Below, one piece after another: positions 13,827-28,813 of a DNA stretch of 64,000 nucleotides. The DNA lies in the NCBI GenBank assembly GCA_012295275.1, contig CM022675.1:7068001-7132000 (forward strand), read 5' to 3'. Origin of the DNA: Chrysomallon squamiferum. Lineage: Eukaryota; Animalia; Mollusca. The notes under the pieces were generated by a model that ran no database searches, was not told the DNA's origin, and worked only from the letters and a program-made list of their open reading frames with translations. Position numbers and translations under genes: made by a program. Within the stretch, counting starts at the first letter, position 1, and each line of letters starts with the position of its first letter.

Positions 13827-14341
13827 AGGTAAAAAATGAGAATGAGAAAAAAGTGACAAGACAACTTTTCAAAATCAGAACTTTGTCGAGTTTTCTGGTT
13901 ATGTTTTTTTGTTTTTCTTTTTACAATAATTATTTAATCTCTCCCTTATTATAATAATAAATAATGCCAATTCAACATAATATCATTTTCAGCATTTAGT
14001 AGCACTTTAATATTTTATAATTAATTAACATTATGTACTTATGTTTAGAACTACATCCAATTAAATAATTAATTAAAATACAAAAAAAATGTCCTGAAGT
14101 AAGTATTTTGATATATATATATATATATATAGAGAGTTGATTATATTATGCAGACATATGAGATAACGTTAGTGTTAATCATCAGATTGTATATGGGAGT
14201 GTGACATACTGCAAGTTTATCTATGGGCAAGAGTGAATGAACTTTTTGTATCACACAGTTAGGTTTTTTTTAACACCACATGGCCGGCCATGAGCTGATT
14301 TATTTATCTCAAAACATAACTAAGTTAACAAGAAATTAAAC

Positions 14342-14375
<34 letters not shown>

Positions 14376-14496
14376 GGTTAAAGCTTTAATGTTGAACAAA
14401 ATATTTTTTATGAACGTTTTTTTTTTTTTTAAAGAGTTCTAATAAGATAAGTAATCTTCAACATCCTGAGCTGGTATTTATCTTTAAAAAAGAAAG

Positions 14497-14553
<57 letters not shown>

Positions 14554-16185
14554 TATACATTTTTTTTTTATGAAGTTTTTGTTTTAATAAAAATGTTATT
14601 TTAGAAAGAGTGATTTGCAAGTCTGAAAGAAGAAGAAGAAGAAGAAGAAAAAAATATATATATATATATATATATGGAAAAACATTATATTATTGATTTT
14701 TGTATAAAAGACAATGTTCCATACTGTAAAATTATATTTGTTTTAATTTGACAAAAAATACTTACTTAATATACGTTATCGCGTAAACTATAACCTTTAA
14801 AGATGATTACAAATATATATTCTATTTTTTAATGTTTTTTTTGTTTGTTTGTTTGTTTAGTTTGAAAAAAAAAAAATCATTTAGGATATAATTATAAAGT
14901 AAACTATAAATGACACAAATGTTGTGCAATATAATAACTTGTTTATATTGTTGGAGAAACAAATTATTTAATACATATTTATAAAATATTTAAAATAATA
15001 AAATAAAACAAATAATATTCTTTACTATAATATATTTCATAAACAACATACTCTCTGTGTGTGTGTGTGTGTGTGCGTGTGTGCACATACATGTTTCATA
15101 CTGTATTGTGCTGTTTGATATTGTTTAACCAAAATTTTGTATTCAAACAAACTATATTACTAACACATACAATAACAGATATATAATATCAGATTAACAC
15201 AGATTACTTTGTTCATTGGTTGAATTCTGATTGCTTAGCTGACTGGTAGAATTTTCATCAGGTTTAACCATGATGAATAACAAAAAGCTGACTAAGCAGA
15301 TATTTAGAACAGAATAAGGTAAACAGTCAATACAATATATCTAGTTAAGTCACAGACACATACAGGTACCTGTGATAATTCATATATATTTACTTTTCTA
15401 TACGTACCTAGATTTTGTTTATCTTTAATAATAAATAATAGAATCAGGTAACAGCCATATAAAATATGTTTATTTAGGATATAAGATGTATGTAAACATG
15501 CAAGTACCCATGATAATCTCTGTATGTGTGTCTGTGTATAAATGAATAAGTTTGTGTGTATATATATAAACCAAATATTTAAAAAAAAATGAATATCATG
15601 TTCAGATTATATAGAATTTTTTGCAGAGAATAATAAACTAATAATAATAATAATTATAAAAATATATATATGTATAAATTATTTAAGAGATATATAAATA
15701 TGTGAGTATATATAACCTAGCTATATAAACACAACCATTTTAATTACAAAGAAAATATATTACAAAATTAATTTAAAAATTATAATTTGAACATTGTTAT
15801 CACCATTACACTTTGACATTTGCTCATTATGATTTGTGGTTTAAGATAATTGTAACTGATTACAAGGTTAAATAATAAATGCTGCATACAATACTGAAAT
15901 GATTTATTATCAAGATGGTCTGAAGAACATTATTTACTCTCTGATATATGTCTGCTTAGTAAAAAAAAGGATTAATGACAGACACAGGAAATCAATTTAT
16001 CACTGCTTGAGCAGGCATATTTTTACCAGTAATCAAAATGGTACATAAATATGGATGATTATGTCAGACAAACTATATTTTAGAGAGAGAAAGGTATATA
16101 GACAGACAGACAGACAGACAGATAAATAATGATAGAACAGAAAGCAAGAAAATGCTATGGAAAATGAAAAAAAAAATGAGAGAAT

Positions 16186-16189
<4 letters not shown>

Positions 16190-16252
<63 letters not shown>
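16190..16252. repeat. (GA)n microsatellite
   Basis: Seen directly in the sequence. Confidence 0.95.
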
Positions 16253-16255
<3 letters not shown>

Positions 16256-17296
16256 GGGAACTGAGAAAAAGAGTATGAGGGAGACAGAGTTAGTGACGGA
16301 AAGAGAGACACAGAGGTCAAGAAAAAGGAGACAGTGTTTGAATAACAGTGAGAAAGTAATAGCAAGAAAAATGATGAGAAAAAGGAAGACAGAAGACAAA
16401 TAAGAAAATGCAGACACAGCATTTAAGCAGGTGAACGAGTACAGAAAAAAGAAAGAACATTTATTAACATTTCATCACAGTTTGTCATTAATGGTTATTA
16501 ATTTGTGTATGAAAACGCACATACATATATATATATATTTTTGAAAGAGCGAGGGGCAATCATATTAATTATATAATGTTATTATTACAATTATAGGCTT
16601 TTCTTAATCTTAACCAACTTGTATCGATACATTTTTATATGCACTTGAAAAAATACATAAATTTACTTCTATATAGCAATTACAAAGCTCTCTTCAGAAT
16701 GGGAAATAGTAACAAACACTTATACAGAACATAAAGCAAAAGACGCGAAAGACAGGATAGTTACTGAAGACCATCATCCATGAAACAACAAACAAAAAAA
16801 GACTAAATAAATTTTGTTGAATATGATTGTAACGAGAATCCCTAAAGTGAGAATCCAATATTCTACCAAGTGAATTAATGAGATCATTTCTAAGCACTAA
16901 GTACTGTGAGAAATTAATCAACACAGAAATAATTAATTAGAAACAGTTAAGTAATTACATGTGATGAATAAAATGGTCTGGTAACTATTTAACACTGCAC
17001 TGTTTTGGGTTAAATGTTTTGAATGATAAACAGTTCTTGGAGGCAGGTTACCAGTTTTGGGCTTACACGTATCAAAATAATAATGATGCTACTTTGAAAG
17101 CCTAACACTGCTACATTTTTAATTTCACTACTTGTGACCTTTTTTTTTTTACACTACACTAGAAACAAGCAGGACTCACTAGGACTGCTAATGAGAACAA
17201 AGTTGATGATTAATCATGTGTTTATAATGCAAGGTAAATTATCTTTTGAAGTGTACTAGGTGTATTAAAATGTATTATGCTGACAAGAATAAAAGT

Positions 17297-17314
17297 ATAA
17301 TAATAATAATAATA

Positions 17315-17350
<36 letters not shown>

Positions 17351-17449
17351 TAATAATAATAGTAGTAGTAATAATAATAGTAATAGTAATAATAGTAGTA
17401 GTAATAATAATAACAATAATAATAATAATAACATCAGTAATAATAGTAA

Positions 17450-17525
<76 letters not shown>
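17297..17525. repeat. compound (AAT)n/(AGT)n microsatellite
   Basis: Seen directly in the sequence; source of the poly-Leu/Ile ORF. Confidence 0.95.
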
Positions 17526-17526
<1 letters not shown>

Positions 17527-18007
17527 GGCTACTTTTATTATTAATTATATAGTTTTAATCATCTATCTGGCTACTTTCAACAGTTGCGTTATTGCAACCC
17601 TGAACTGGCTAACGGCCATTATAAAGCACACTGTTTGAGCACAATGTTTTGACAAAACCTGTAATTTCACTGGTCTCCTAGTCATAACAAAAACACCAAA
17701 ACAATTCAAATAATCATCATGTCACAGTGGCAAAAGGTTAAACTGCTCTAACATTAAATCAAAGTTTTGTAATGAAGAAACATGTTATGGTAAAAATTTG
17801 TGTTGCACCATTCTAATGTTTCAGGATACTATTCAGGAAGTTACTTCAGGATATTTTTTATATTTTTTTGAAGTAAGAAGTAAGACAGATGACCAGTATA
17901 TATATATATCCTATGTAAAAATACATAAAACTTCTGTATCATGTTTCAAGTTTTATTTAGCTAAGGTCAGTAAACAGAGATAGAAATAGAAAGAAAGAAA
18001 GTGTTAC

Positions 18008-18051
<44 letters not shown>

Positions 18052-18949
18052 CTACCAAGCGAGTAACAGTGACTGGGTGTGTCTTACATACTTTCCTATA
18101 CTTACTAACAACCTAAGCAACTGTGTACATATATAGCTAAAGGTACTGATGTGTCACCAAAAAAAAAAAAAAAAAAAAAAAGGGGAAAAAAGAATTGAAG
18201 CCACAGCTGTAAATAAACTAAATATTTCACAAGGAAGTCAGAATTAGCATATGATAGCAGGTAAGTCCTGAAGATAATATTTCAACAAGCCCAGAACACA
18301 GGCTTTAAAATTAAAAAAAATGTTCCAACACCAACACATTGCTTTCCATATGCTTCTATCACAATTCTCTCTCCATGAATAACACAAACAATATGATATA
18401 CATATATAGATAGATATATAAATGTGTATATAAAAAAAAAAAAAAAAAAAAAACACCACATGAACTTAACCCATAAACTCTCCATGTGTAAAAACAACAA
18501 GAAGAGAATCTCCATGTGAGATGTCCCGATATCCAACTCCAGCACACACGCACACAGTGAGCAAAGCGAATACTACTAACAAGGCAGAGAGAGACAGCAC
18601 GGATGAATTAAAATTCACAAATATCCTCAACAAGTCGTTGATTGATTTTAGTTACAGCATGTTACTACTAGCTGTGAGTACTGACAGCTAGTGGTTTACC
18701 TCTGGCTTGTGTTTGAAACTCACTGAGACACGAGAGAATGTCACAAACTGCACACGTCATCAGTCAGGGGGCACTGTACGGGTGTCGTGACACAAACATC
18801 TGTGAAGTGTGCTCAAAGTGTGTGTGTGTGTGTGTGTGAGTGAGTGACTGTCACTCTAGCATACAAAACAGGCAGTATCATCTAGAATGGTGTAGTGTGC
18901 TGTGTGTGTGTGTGTGTGTGTCCATTGTTTGGTGGTTCTGATTTTTCTA

Positions 18950-21900
18950 GATATCAATCTATAACATGAAGCAATTCTTAAAGGTCATGTATGCATCTAG
19001 TATATAGGAATTTCTGTTTCTGTTTCAAATTACTGATAATGTGGACAGTTATATACAGGAAATATATCTAGAGTATGTATGTAGGTGTTGTTGTTTTTTC
19101 TGGTTGATTTTTTTTTCTTAATTTATTATTATTTGTTTTACATTTTTTTGATTTTTATTATTATTTTACATCATTGATAATATAGTGAGATACAGGCAAT
19201 GCATCTATAATATGTTGTTGTTGTTTTTTTTTTTTTTTTTTTTTTTTTTTTATTACTACTAATAAGGTCAATTATTTATAGACATATTGATATATTATTA
19301 TATACCCATATATATATACATATAATAGAATATACACATACATATAATAGTATATACATATAGATATAATAATATATCATATGTATAATATAGTATATAC
19401 TACATACATTTAGTATATAGCTTTTTTGGTTGCTATTATTCCTCCTGTTTTTAATTACTGATTTGGTTTATTAAAGCAATACTGAAAGGTCATGCAACCA
19501 ATATATCCAATATATAGGAATAGTTTTTCTTTTTTTACTTTACCCATATGGTCAGTTACATAATTACAGTAATTCTGAAGATCGTGTAGGCAACATAATT
19601 ATCTAGAATAATTATATGAATTTTATTTCCCTGCTTTAAAATACTGTCAATTAGGTACAGCAATTTTGTAATTAACTATAAAAAACAAAGCTAATCTATG
19701 CAGTATCTTGCATATATATATATATATATATATATATTTTTTTCTTTAATTCCTCTTTTAAATTAATGATGTAAGCACAATTAATCATTAATATATCTGA
19801 TACATGAGAATATATTTTATTCCAGTTCTAAATTATCAACATGGACAGTTATGAAAGAACCTGAAGGTAAAATGAACCTATAAAACATTAATTATATAAT
19901 TTTTATTTATTTATTTTTATTATTCATTTATTATTCCTGTTTTAAATTATGGATAGAGTCAGATATGTTGGTAAAATTAATCTGTACGTTATTTTATACC
20001 TGAGAATTTTTGTTTATTTTTAAGTTACTGACATGGTCAAATATGTAAGTTATTCTGAAAACTCATGAATGCAAATTTAATCTATAGAGTATCTAGTATT
20101 ATGAGAATTTTATTTTCCACATTTTAAACTGCTGATGTTGTCAGATATGTAGGCAAAGGTAATCTATATGACTGGAGATGGACTTTTTTGTGTTTCAAAT
20201 GACTGAGGTGATCTTTAAATTCAGCAATTCAAAGACTGTGAAGACAATATTATACATCTTTAACTTGGAGCTTTTTTCCCTCCCCTTTTCAACTTTCTAA
20301 TTAGCTAATGAAGTATAGCAATTCTGAAAGATCATAGGGCAAAAGTTAATCTAATTCTTTGTTTAACAAAAAATTATATTATTAGTCATATATAGGACAT
20401 AAAAAAAGATAAATTCATAGAGTATGTTGTGCGATATATATATATATATATATATATATGATTCATTGTCAAAAGTAGTGTGGGATGGGTGAGCAGAAGT
20501 ACATGCTTTCAACTTTTTTCAGTGGGAAACATGTTTTATTTCTTGAGTTTATTAACTTGCAGATATGAATTCCAACAGAAACAATATAGTTTCTTTAAGA
20601 CTACTACTATATATCTTGTAAAATTGAGTTTTGATTTTTGGTTACAAACTACAGAAATGTGATCTTGCCCACAGGAATTCTGGAAGATCAGAGAGACAAA
20701 ATTAAATAATAAAGTGCTGATTCAAGTTACTTATATTGATCTGACAGTTATGCAAAGCAGTGTCTTGTGGGGTTTACATTCTTGTAAATCTGAGTTGGTA
20801 TTTTGACTGTAAACAACAGTGTGATCAGTTACTTAGAAGAATTCTAAGAGATTGCACTGTCAAAATATAAAGAATGCAGTTTACTTCTGTGTTAAGTTAT
20901 TTATTAAGATCTGAAAATAGAAATTAATTTTACACAATTGTACGGTCAGTTATTTGGAAGAACTGTAAGAGATCATATAGTCAAAATATAAAGAATATAG
21001 TTTACTTCTGTGTTAAGTTATTTATTAGGATCTGGAAATTATGAGTGTCAATCTTATAAATATAAATTTATATTTTGATTGCAAACAACCGTATGGTCAG
21101 TTACTTATAAGAATTACAAAAGTCAAAATTTAAAGAATATAGCCTACTGCTGTTGACATTATTTATTAGGATCTAGAAATTAAGAATGTCTATAGGGTGT
21201 CAATCTTGTAAATATGAATTCATATTTTGATTGCAAACAAGAATATAGTTTTGATATTATTTATTAAACTCTGAATATGAAGAATGTCAACATGGTTTTA
21301 TAATCTTGTAAATTTGAGTTTATTTTTTAATTCTAAAAAAACTGTATGATCAGTTATTTAACATAATTCTAAAATATCACATAGTCAAAATATAAATAAA
21401 GAAAATATCAAAGTTGAGCAAATTTAAAGTTTTTGTTTTGATTGCAAAAAGTTTCATTATGTTGAGTTACTTATAGGAATTCCAAGATATCACACTGACA
21501 AAATATTTATAGCCATTTTAAGTTGTTTATATGGATTCTGAAGGTTTGATAAGGCTTTACATAATGCTGTCTCAAAAATAAATATAAAAACACAACAAAA
21601 AACAAATTTGGTTTCTATTTTGGTCGTAAATTATAAACATTGTCAGTTACCTATACAAATTCTAAAAGAACCAAGTAAGGCAAAAACATTTTGAGCATAT
21701 TCCATTTTTTTTTTTTTTTTTTTTAATAAAAATATTTACCATAATGTATGGAGATTATAAAATAACAGTGTAGACAAAATTATTGACAAACTATTTAGTT
21801 GGAAGGTAGGTTGTATACTGACTTTAAATCAAGTTCAATTCAGTTATGTATTAAGAATTTTTGAATGTCATGAAGACAACATAAATTACTGAGTTCTGGT

Positions 21901-22615
21901 ATATAAAGTGGAATAAAACTGTCAATATAATAATAATGTCCTAGGTAAACTTTAGTTTTGATGATGTTGCAGTTGGGTACAGGAATGCAAAGAAAAATAT
22001 GTTAATTTGATATCTATTATCAATACAGCTACTTTGCTTCTAGCTAACTGAATTATTATTCTGGTTTTTAATTTACTGATGGTCAGTTACTTGTAACAAA
22101 TTTTAAAAAATAATAATAAAGTATCATGAAGACTGGACTTTTGAATACAGCTGCATGAATCATGAATAATGAGACTGGAGCAAAACTGTCAATGTGGCTG
22201 ATGTTGCTAATAAAATTTCTTTTAACTTTGATTTTTATTTTTCTTTAGAATTTTATGGCCAGTTGCTTAGTAAAAATTAGAGCAATACTGTCAATATTGC
22301 CTGCAGTATTGCTTTTATCAATATTTTTTTTTTTTTAGAGGTTACAGATCATGGTCTGTAAACTCTAAAACAATGTAGTGGTCACACAGATAAGGTTAAA
22401 CTATCTGCAGTTCTAATGTTTTTAATTTTAAAATATTCTCTGAAATAAAATAATCAATATGACTCATAGTCTTTCATAAACAAAGATTTCAACTTTTGAT
22501 TACTGATAAATTATTGATGGTCATTTATTTACCTAAGAGAATTCTGAAAATGTTTAATTCTTTACACCACTAATGTTTTAAATTGAAATATATTATTAAT
22601 ACTGTGACTGCCAAA

Positions 22616-22662
<47 letters not shown>

Positions 22663-23050
22663 AAAAAAAAATTAAATTTGATAATAATAATAATAAATAG
22701 AAAACATAACTAATAAAAATAAAATAAAATAAAATTAAATATAATAAAATAAAATAAAATAAAATTAAATAAAATAAAATGCCTATAAGTATTGCTAAAT
22801 TATTACCAGTTGCCTGTAAAAACTGACAAAGACATAAACTAAAATGACTATTTAATGTATTTTACTAACATTTTAAATATAGGTACATGAATACTGAGAA
22901 TGGAGCAAAACTGTCAGTATTGTTGTGCAGTATCTCTTTCATTGTTATTTTTATTTTAAACTGCTGATGTGGTCTGTTATCTGCAGGAATTTAGAAAGGT
23001 CATAGAGGAAAATGTAAAATCTAGTTAACTGATATTTTAAGATTAGATGC
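18950..23050. repeat. old, highly decayed long-period tandem repeat region
   Basis: The motifs ttttaaattactgat, ggtcagtta and aattctgaa(a)ggtcat recur roughly every 90-130 bp. A better-conserved sub-block lies at ~20560-21550 (e.g. agtttacttctgtgttaagttatttatta at ~20878 and ~20999). Confidence 0.6.
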
Positions 23051-25811
23051 AAGAGAATGGGAAAAGATTTGTTTCTGTACAAAAGAAATATACATGAGTA
23101 TAAGAAAGCTTAAAAATATCACTAACAAGGTAGAATGAAAAAAAATTCAAATTTTTGAATTTCTGATAATGGATGCTAAATGTATTTTTTCAGTTCTAGA
23201 CATGAAGTAATTCTATATAATTTTTGGTGTATGGAGTTTTGATTTTGGTTTCAAACAAGAGATCTGACACATTTCTAGGAAATTCTCAAACAATATCATC
23301 ACACTTAGGATTTTTAATTGAATTTTTATCAGAAGAATTACACAACAAACAATATCATTTATTCATTTCAACTTATCAACATACAAAGATAATTAACAGA
23401 AGCATCTACAATTGTTTTATATAAACTATGCACATGGACACACTAATTTTTAAAGAGGACAAAAGCAAGGTCTTCTTTGCTGTAAATTATAATATTATTT
23501 TACAAGTTTGGGGGTTTAATTTCAACATAGAAATCTGCTGAGTCAGGTATAAAAATTATGAACAACAAAATAAACTGTGTCAAACTATAGAAATGAGTCA
23601 ACTGAATCTCTTTCTTTTCTTCTCTTTCTTCTTCTCCTGTTTTGATTGACAGGAGAGGTATAACTACATGGATGATTTGATGATGCACGTAACTAGTTAT
23701 ATTTTACTTTATCTAGCAAATTTTTATTTTGGTTTTATATTACAGACTTCCCAGGTTAGACATAACAATTATAAGAGATGAGATAGATAGTGTAAAAAAA
23801 CTAGATATACACAATATCTCTTAACAGAAGCACTAATTTAATCAGGGGCTGTGTAGGTATCAAGTTACATACAGGATTAGATACATGGTATCTCAGATAT
23901 GTAATGTCAGCAGGGTCACTTTCTATCCATATTTATTTTTTATTTCGTAGATTATGGAAATTGTACCTTAGACAGATATAAATACCAAGAGTTGAACACA
24001 ACCTATATAATATCTATGAAACAGTTTATGGTTTTATTTGATATTTAAGTTACACAAATGTTGAGTAACAGATATGTTATTCATTGTTAAAGATAGCTAG
24101 GGGTGTATCAGATGAGGTACATGCTCTCCACTTTTTCTCTGTGGGAAACAGCTGTTTTGGTTCTAGAAACATTCTAGTTTAAAGGCTACAACATATACAA
24201 ATATTACTGCTGAAAGTGCATATGAAGTAGAAAGAATGGATGATGTGATTCTTCTGTAACTCTGGAATGATACAATGATACAGCATCTCTGGAATGATAC
24301 AGCATCAAGCCAAGTAAGTATATAAACATTAAAATTTGTCTTGATTTAAACTTGACATAAAAAGTGATATAAGAAAAAGAGTGGGAATAAATTAAAGAGA
24401 AAGAGGAATTAATAATGATAAGAAAGAGAGAAACAGGAATTAAAGAAAAAAGGAAAAATAGGATGTAAAAAGAGATACAGGAGATAGAAAGAGGGGCAAC
24501 CAAAGAAGTGTAAAGGAATAAAAAACATCACAAATGAATGAAAATAAAATTACATATTCATCAATGTTGCAGATATTTTATGTCTTGTATAATTTAGTTA
24601 ACTAGAAATGTTTTTTAGTTGGTTTGTTTGGTGTGTCATTTGCTTTGTTTGTTTGTTCTGTTTTGTTTTTTTCTTTTTGCTTTTGTTTTGGTTTTTAGCT
24701 TTTGCAAGAAATATTAATTTTGAAGGCAGTTGATTATGTATTCAGCTCATGCTGACACCCTCATTATAATCAGTGATGAAAACAAAAAAGATTAATTCAG
24801 TATCAAATATGATTTTAATGTGTAATGGTAAATGATTAGGTATGTAAAATTAATATAATATAAGATACATAGTGCCCAAAAAAAACAAAAAAACAAACAA
24901 ACAGACAAATCTAATTACAAATGTTATATTATTAATTTTCATTAAATTAATTAAAATACTTCGGCCACTTATACATCCAATTCATTCATCATGCTACTAT
25001 TACTGCTTCTACTGCTTACTCTTTACAGCTGTCACTACTGCCCACATGATCACTTACATAACACTGCCAGAACAAGATCAGACTGCAATGGCTATTTACA
25101 TACATATTCATCAAAGAGTATTATTATAAAAAATTAGAAATACACAGCATCCTCCTTTGAGATAATTGGCGGCAAGTATTCGTTTTATATATTTTTCTAC
25201 AGCTGTTAAAATGTAATATACCACTGGTGTTAAAGATAATAACAATTAACTGGTGCATGAAGAATAACATATCATACAAAACATTTCTTCAAAGCCAAAC
25301 TTTATACAAAAGGGGGTATCTAAAACAGATCTCTTACAGTATTTGTTGTTGACATTAAATCATGTGATAGTGAAAAGATATAAAATCTATTTCTAAATGT
25401 GACATGCACACAAAACACGAAGTTGCAGAAGTGACACGAAGTTGTGACTAGTGTCAGATTATATCTCACTAACAAGCTATTTTTGAACTTCACTTTCCCA
25501 GTGGAGTCTGGATTCACAACAGACTTCACAAACTCGTGACAGAAAGGTGAAGCTCAATAAAATTTTCTGTCTGTTTTTATCAGTTTTAAACTCAGTGTGT
25601 TTGTGCAGAGTTTAGGTCTCTGAGTATACTTTTTGGTATCAGACAATACTGAAATGGTATAATGAAGACCAAACTGAATGTGTGTATATGTGTTTCAGAA
25701 TATATGGTGCATGCTATTTGGGTTTCAGCATATACCATGTTTTGCTATTTGGATTTCACAATATACTGTATATGCTATTTGGGAAAGGCATTCATATATT
25801 AAATGCAATAC

Positions 25812-25851
<40 letters not shown>

Positions 25852-26331
25852 TGCACAGACACACACACATACACATACTCACATGCCAACACACTCAGAA
25901 TCACTGTACACATATGTGTCAACAAAATAACTCAAACCTTATATCTCTTACTTATTCAGAGAAAAAAAAAAGAAAAAAAATAGGCTAATACTGGAAATAG
26001 GAAAAGTCATTCATGATGTGTGTTTCTAAGATTAGCCTAGCTTCCATTTCTAGTAACCAGCACAGAGTTGAACTGAAGGTGGGAAGCAAACAAAGATGGC
26101 AAGTTCTGTAAATATCCATCAACAAATAAACTTTAACAAGATTCTGTTTCCTTGTTCAAGACTCTGAAGGTTAAAAATATGAAGTCAAATTTATGAAATC
26201 TGTTTTTCTTAAAACATTAGGTGCTGAAGCTATGAAAATATGTGCGTGCAAAAAGTGATTTTTTTGTTACTTTTTGGTTTTATGTTATTTAGTAAACAAA
26301 AAAAATAATAAAATAAAATAAAATAAAATAA

Positions 26332-26374
<43 letters not shown>

Positions 26375-28763
26375 GCAATAATAATAATATTAAATTATTT
26401 TAAAAAAATTAAAAGTTAATTTTAGTGCATTTACTCTGCTTTAATATTCAGAATGGAACTGCCTTTATTTTCAATCAACACTTTGAGTAAAATATACAAA
26501 AAATATCTAATTAAAAGGAAAGGATATCAATGTAATTAATTAAGTAAACAGTACCTTAATAAATTTTATTATTATTATTGTTGTTGTTGTTGTTAGTGGT
26601 GTTGTTGTTTTGTGTTTGTTATTATTATTCTTATTCTTATTTGCAGTATTTGTAGTAGTAGTTGTTGTTGTTAACATTATAAAATCAAGTTTCTCAGATA
26701 ATGCAAATGTTTCAGACTATACATAATTTAGTTAACTTGAACTATTATTTATTTATTATATTCATGATAGGACAGATGATATTCAACATCTCTCTTTCAT
26801 GAATTACTCTCAGACAAGATAACTTTTATAAATGCAACCCTCAATGTTTCATAAATAAAAAGTTAGAATGACAAATAGCCCACTATACAAACTTAGAAGA
26901 ACTGATCCAAAAACCTATCAGTCTTCAGACCTCTGAGTTTCAGCCTAAATCTGTTAAGCATGTAGATTTAAGATTTAAAACATCATTTGATGTTGACAAA
27001 TTAGCATCCAGTGTAAATAATTGTAAAGGGAGATAAACAAATTAAAAGTTTGAGATTATAATGGAAACTCAGTTTGTTGAGTAAATTTGTAAAGCCTTTT
27101 CTTTTACCTCTTTGTCCAGATGTTGTTTGAAGACTACACTATTGCTAATGTAACAACAAGGGTTTGTTTGTGATTGATTTTTTTCCACACTCATTAGTTA
27201 TAGTTATAAATACAGTATGTTCCTCTTTACAGAAAAGACACACACACATATACACACACTAACATATAGTTTCTTTTTATATTTTATTTTTATTTTTTTT
27301 ATTTTTTTGTTTGCCATAAGACATCTAACTTATAAAAACAAAAAGCAGTTATCATACTCTGCAAATAAGAAAACGGTCTCATGTATTAAAAATAATATAT
27401 ATTTCTCATTCAATTTAAATCTCATTTTAAATAAAGCTTGCTAAACTATTTGTTTTATCCTGAGCAAAAATACCAATAACAATGAATTTTAATTTTATAA
27501 AAAGATGTAAAGCCTTGCAAATGGATATATGAATGAAAATAAAATTTGACATACCTCAAGTTGTCGACTTTACCAAATCATATTTGGCAAAGATCTTAAT
27601 CTAAAATTTGAAATCTAAATGCAATAATGAATAGATGTAATTTATTTACTTAAATCATGAAGTTTCAAAGAAAATATTTTCAAATTAATATAAGTCTATT
27701 TTGTAAAATGCATCTAATAATAACATCCTGGTAGATCAGGATATTGTTCAGAAACAATTAAAAATGTACAAAGAAGAATAGATATAGACTAGTTTTGATT
27801 TATTTTTATACAAAATAAAATAAATAAAAAATAAAAAGTGTAGATCTACCAAATTTAGCCTTAGAGTTCAGCATAAGACAGGCAAAACAATAAAATTATA
27901 TATATCTACATATTTTGATAAAATAATTACCTTTTTCCTGGCATATTTTGTAATCAGAAATCCACTGATATTTCACTGTTGGTGTGTCTGTCTGTCTTTC
28001 TGTTTAGAATTTACTAACATGGACTTATTTTTTTCTGCACTGAAAGCTGTCCAGAAAACTCCTCATAAAATAATCAAAGGAATTTCCTCACCTAACACCT
28101 TCGTTAGAGTAAAATATTCAACAAATAAAATCCTTTTTGTTGAAAAGGTCAAACCAACAAAGTTTCAGCAACTGTTTTTCCTTTCTTCTTCTTCTTTTTT
28201 TTTTTAAAGCACTACAATTAAATCATAAGCTTCTATTTTCTCTCATTTTTCAACACACCAGAACACAATTTAAGCTCCCACAACCCCAAAAAGGCTTTTA
28301 AAAATGCTTTTTTTTCTATCTATACGCATATCAGTTTACGTGTGGTAAATTAGAACTGATAGTCGGATTGTAGTATTTTTATTTACAAGGCTTGGGTTAG
28401 TTTATGGTTAGCAAACATCCTCACATCAGTCAGTGGTCTGTCAGTTTTGTCAGTCACTTTCACAGGAATTGTCCAGCCCCAGGTGCGTTATACACAGTGT
28501 ATTTAACCTAATTAATGTAGATATTATAATATATGTATGCACATTTGAAATATGTTCAATATTCATTGGATGTCTGTTATTTAATTAATAGATCCAATAC
28601 AGACATTATCTCCAGGTTCTTGTTGTTTTGTGAATAATAGTAATAATAATAATCATAATAACAATAATAATATTATAAATATCAACAACAATTCAAGATA
28701 AGAAATAGAAACAAAATTACTACAAAACAAAAAAACAAACAAGCTACAACTCTTATCGTTACT

Positions 28764-28813
<50 letters not shown>

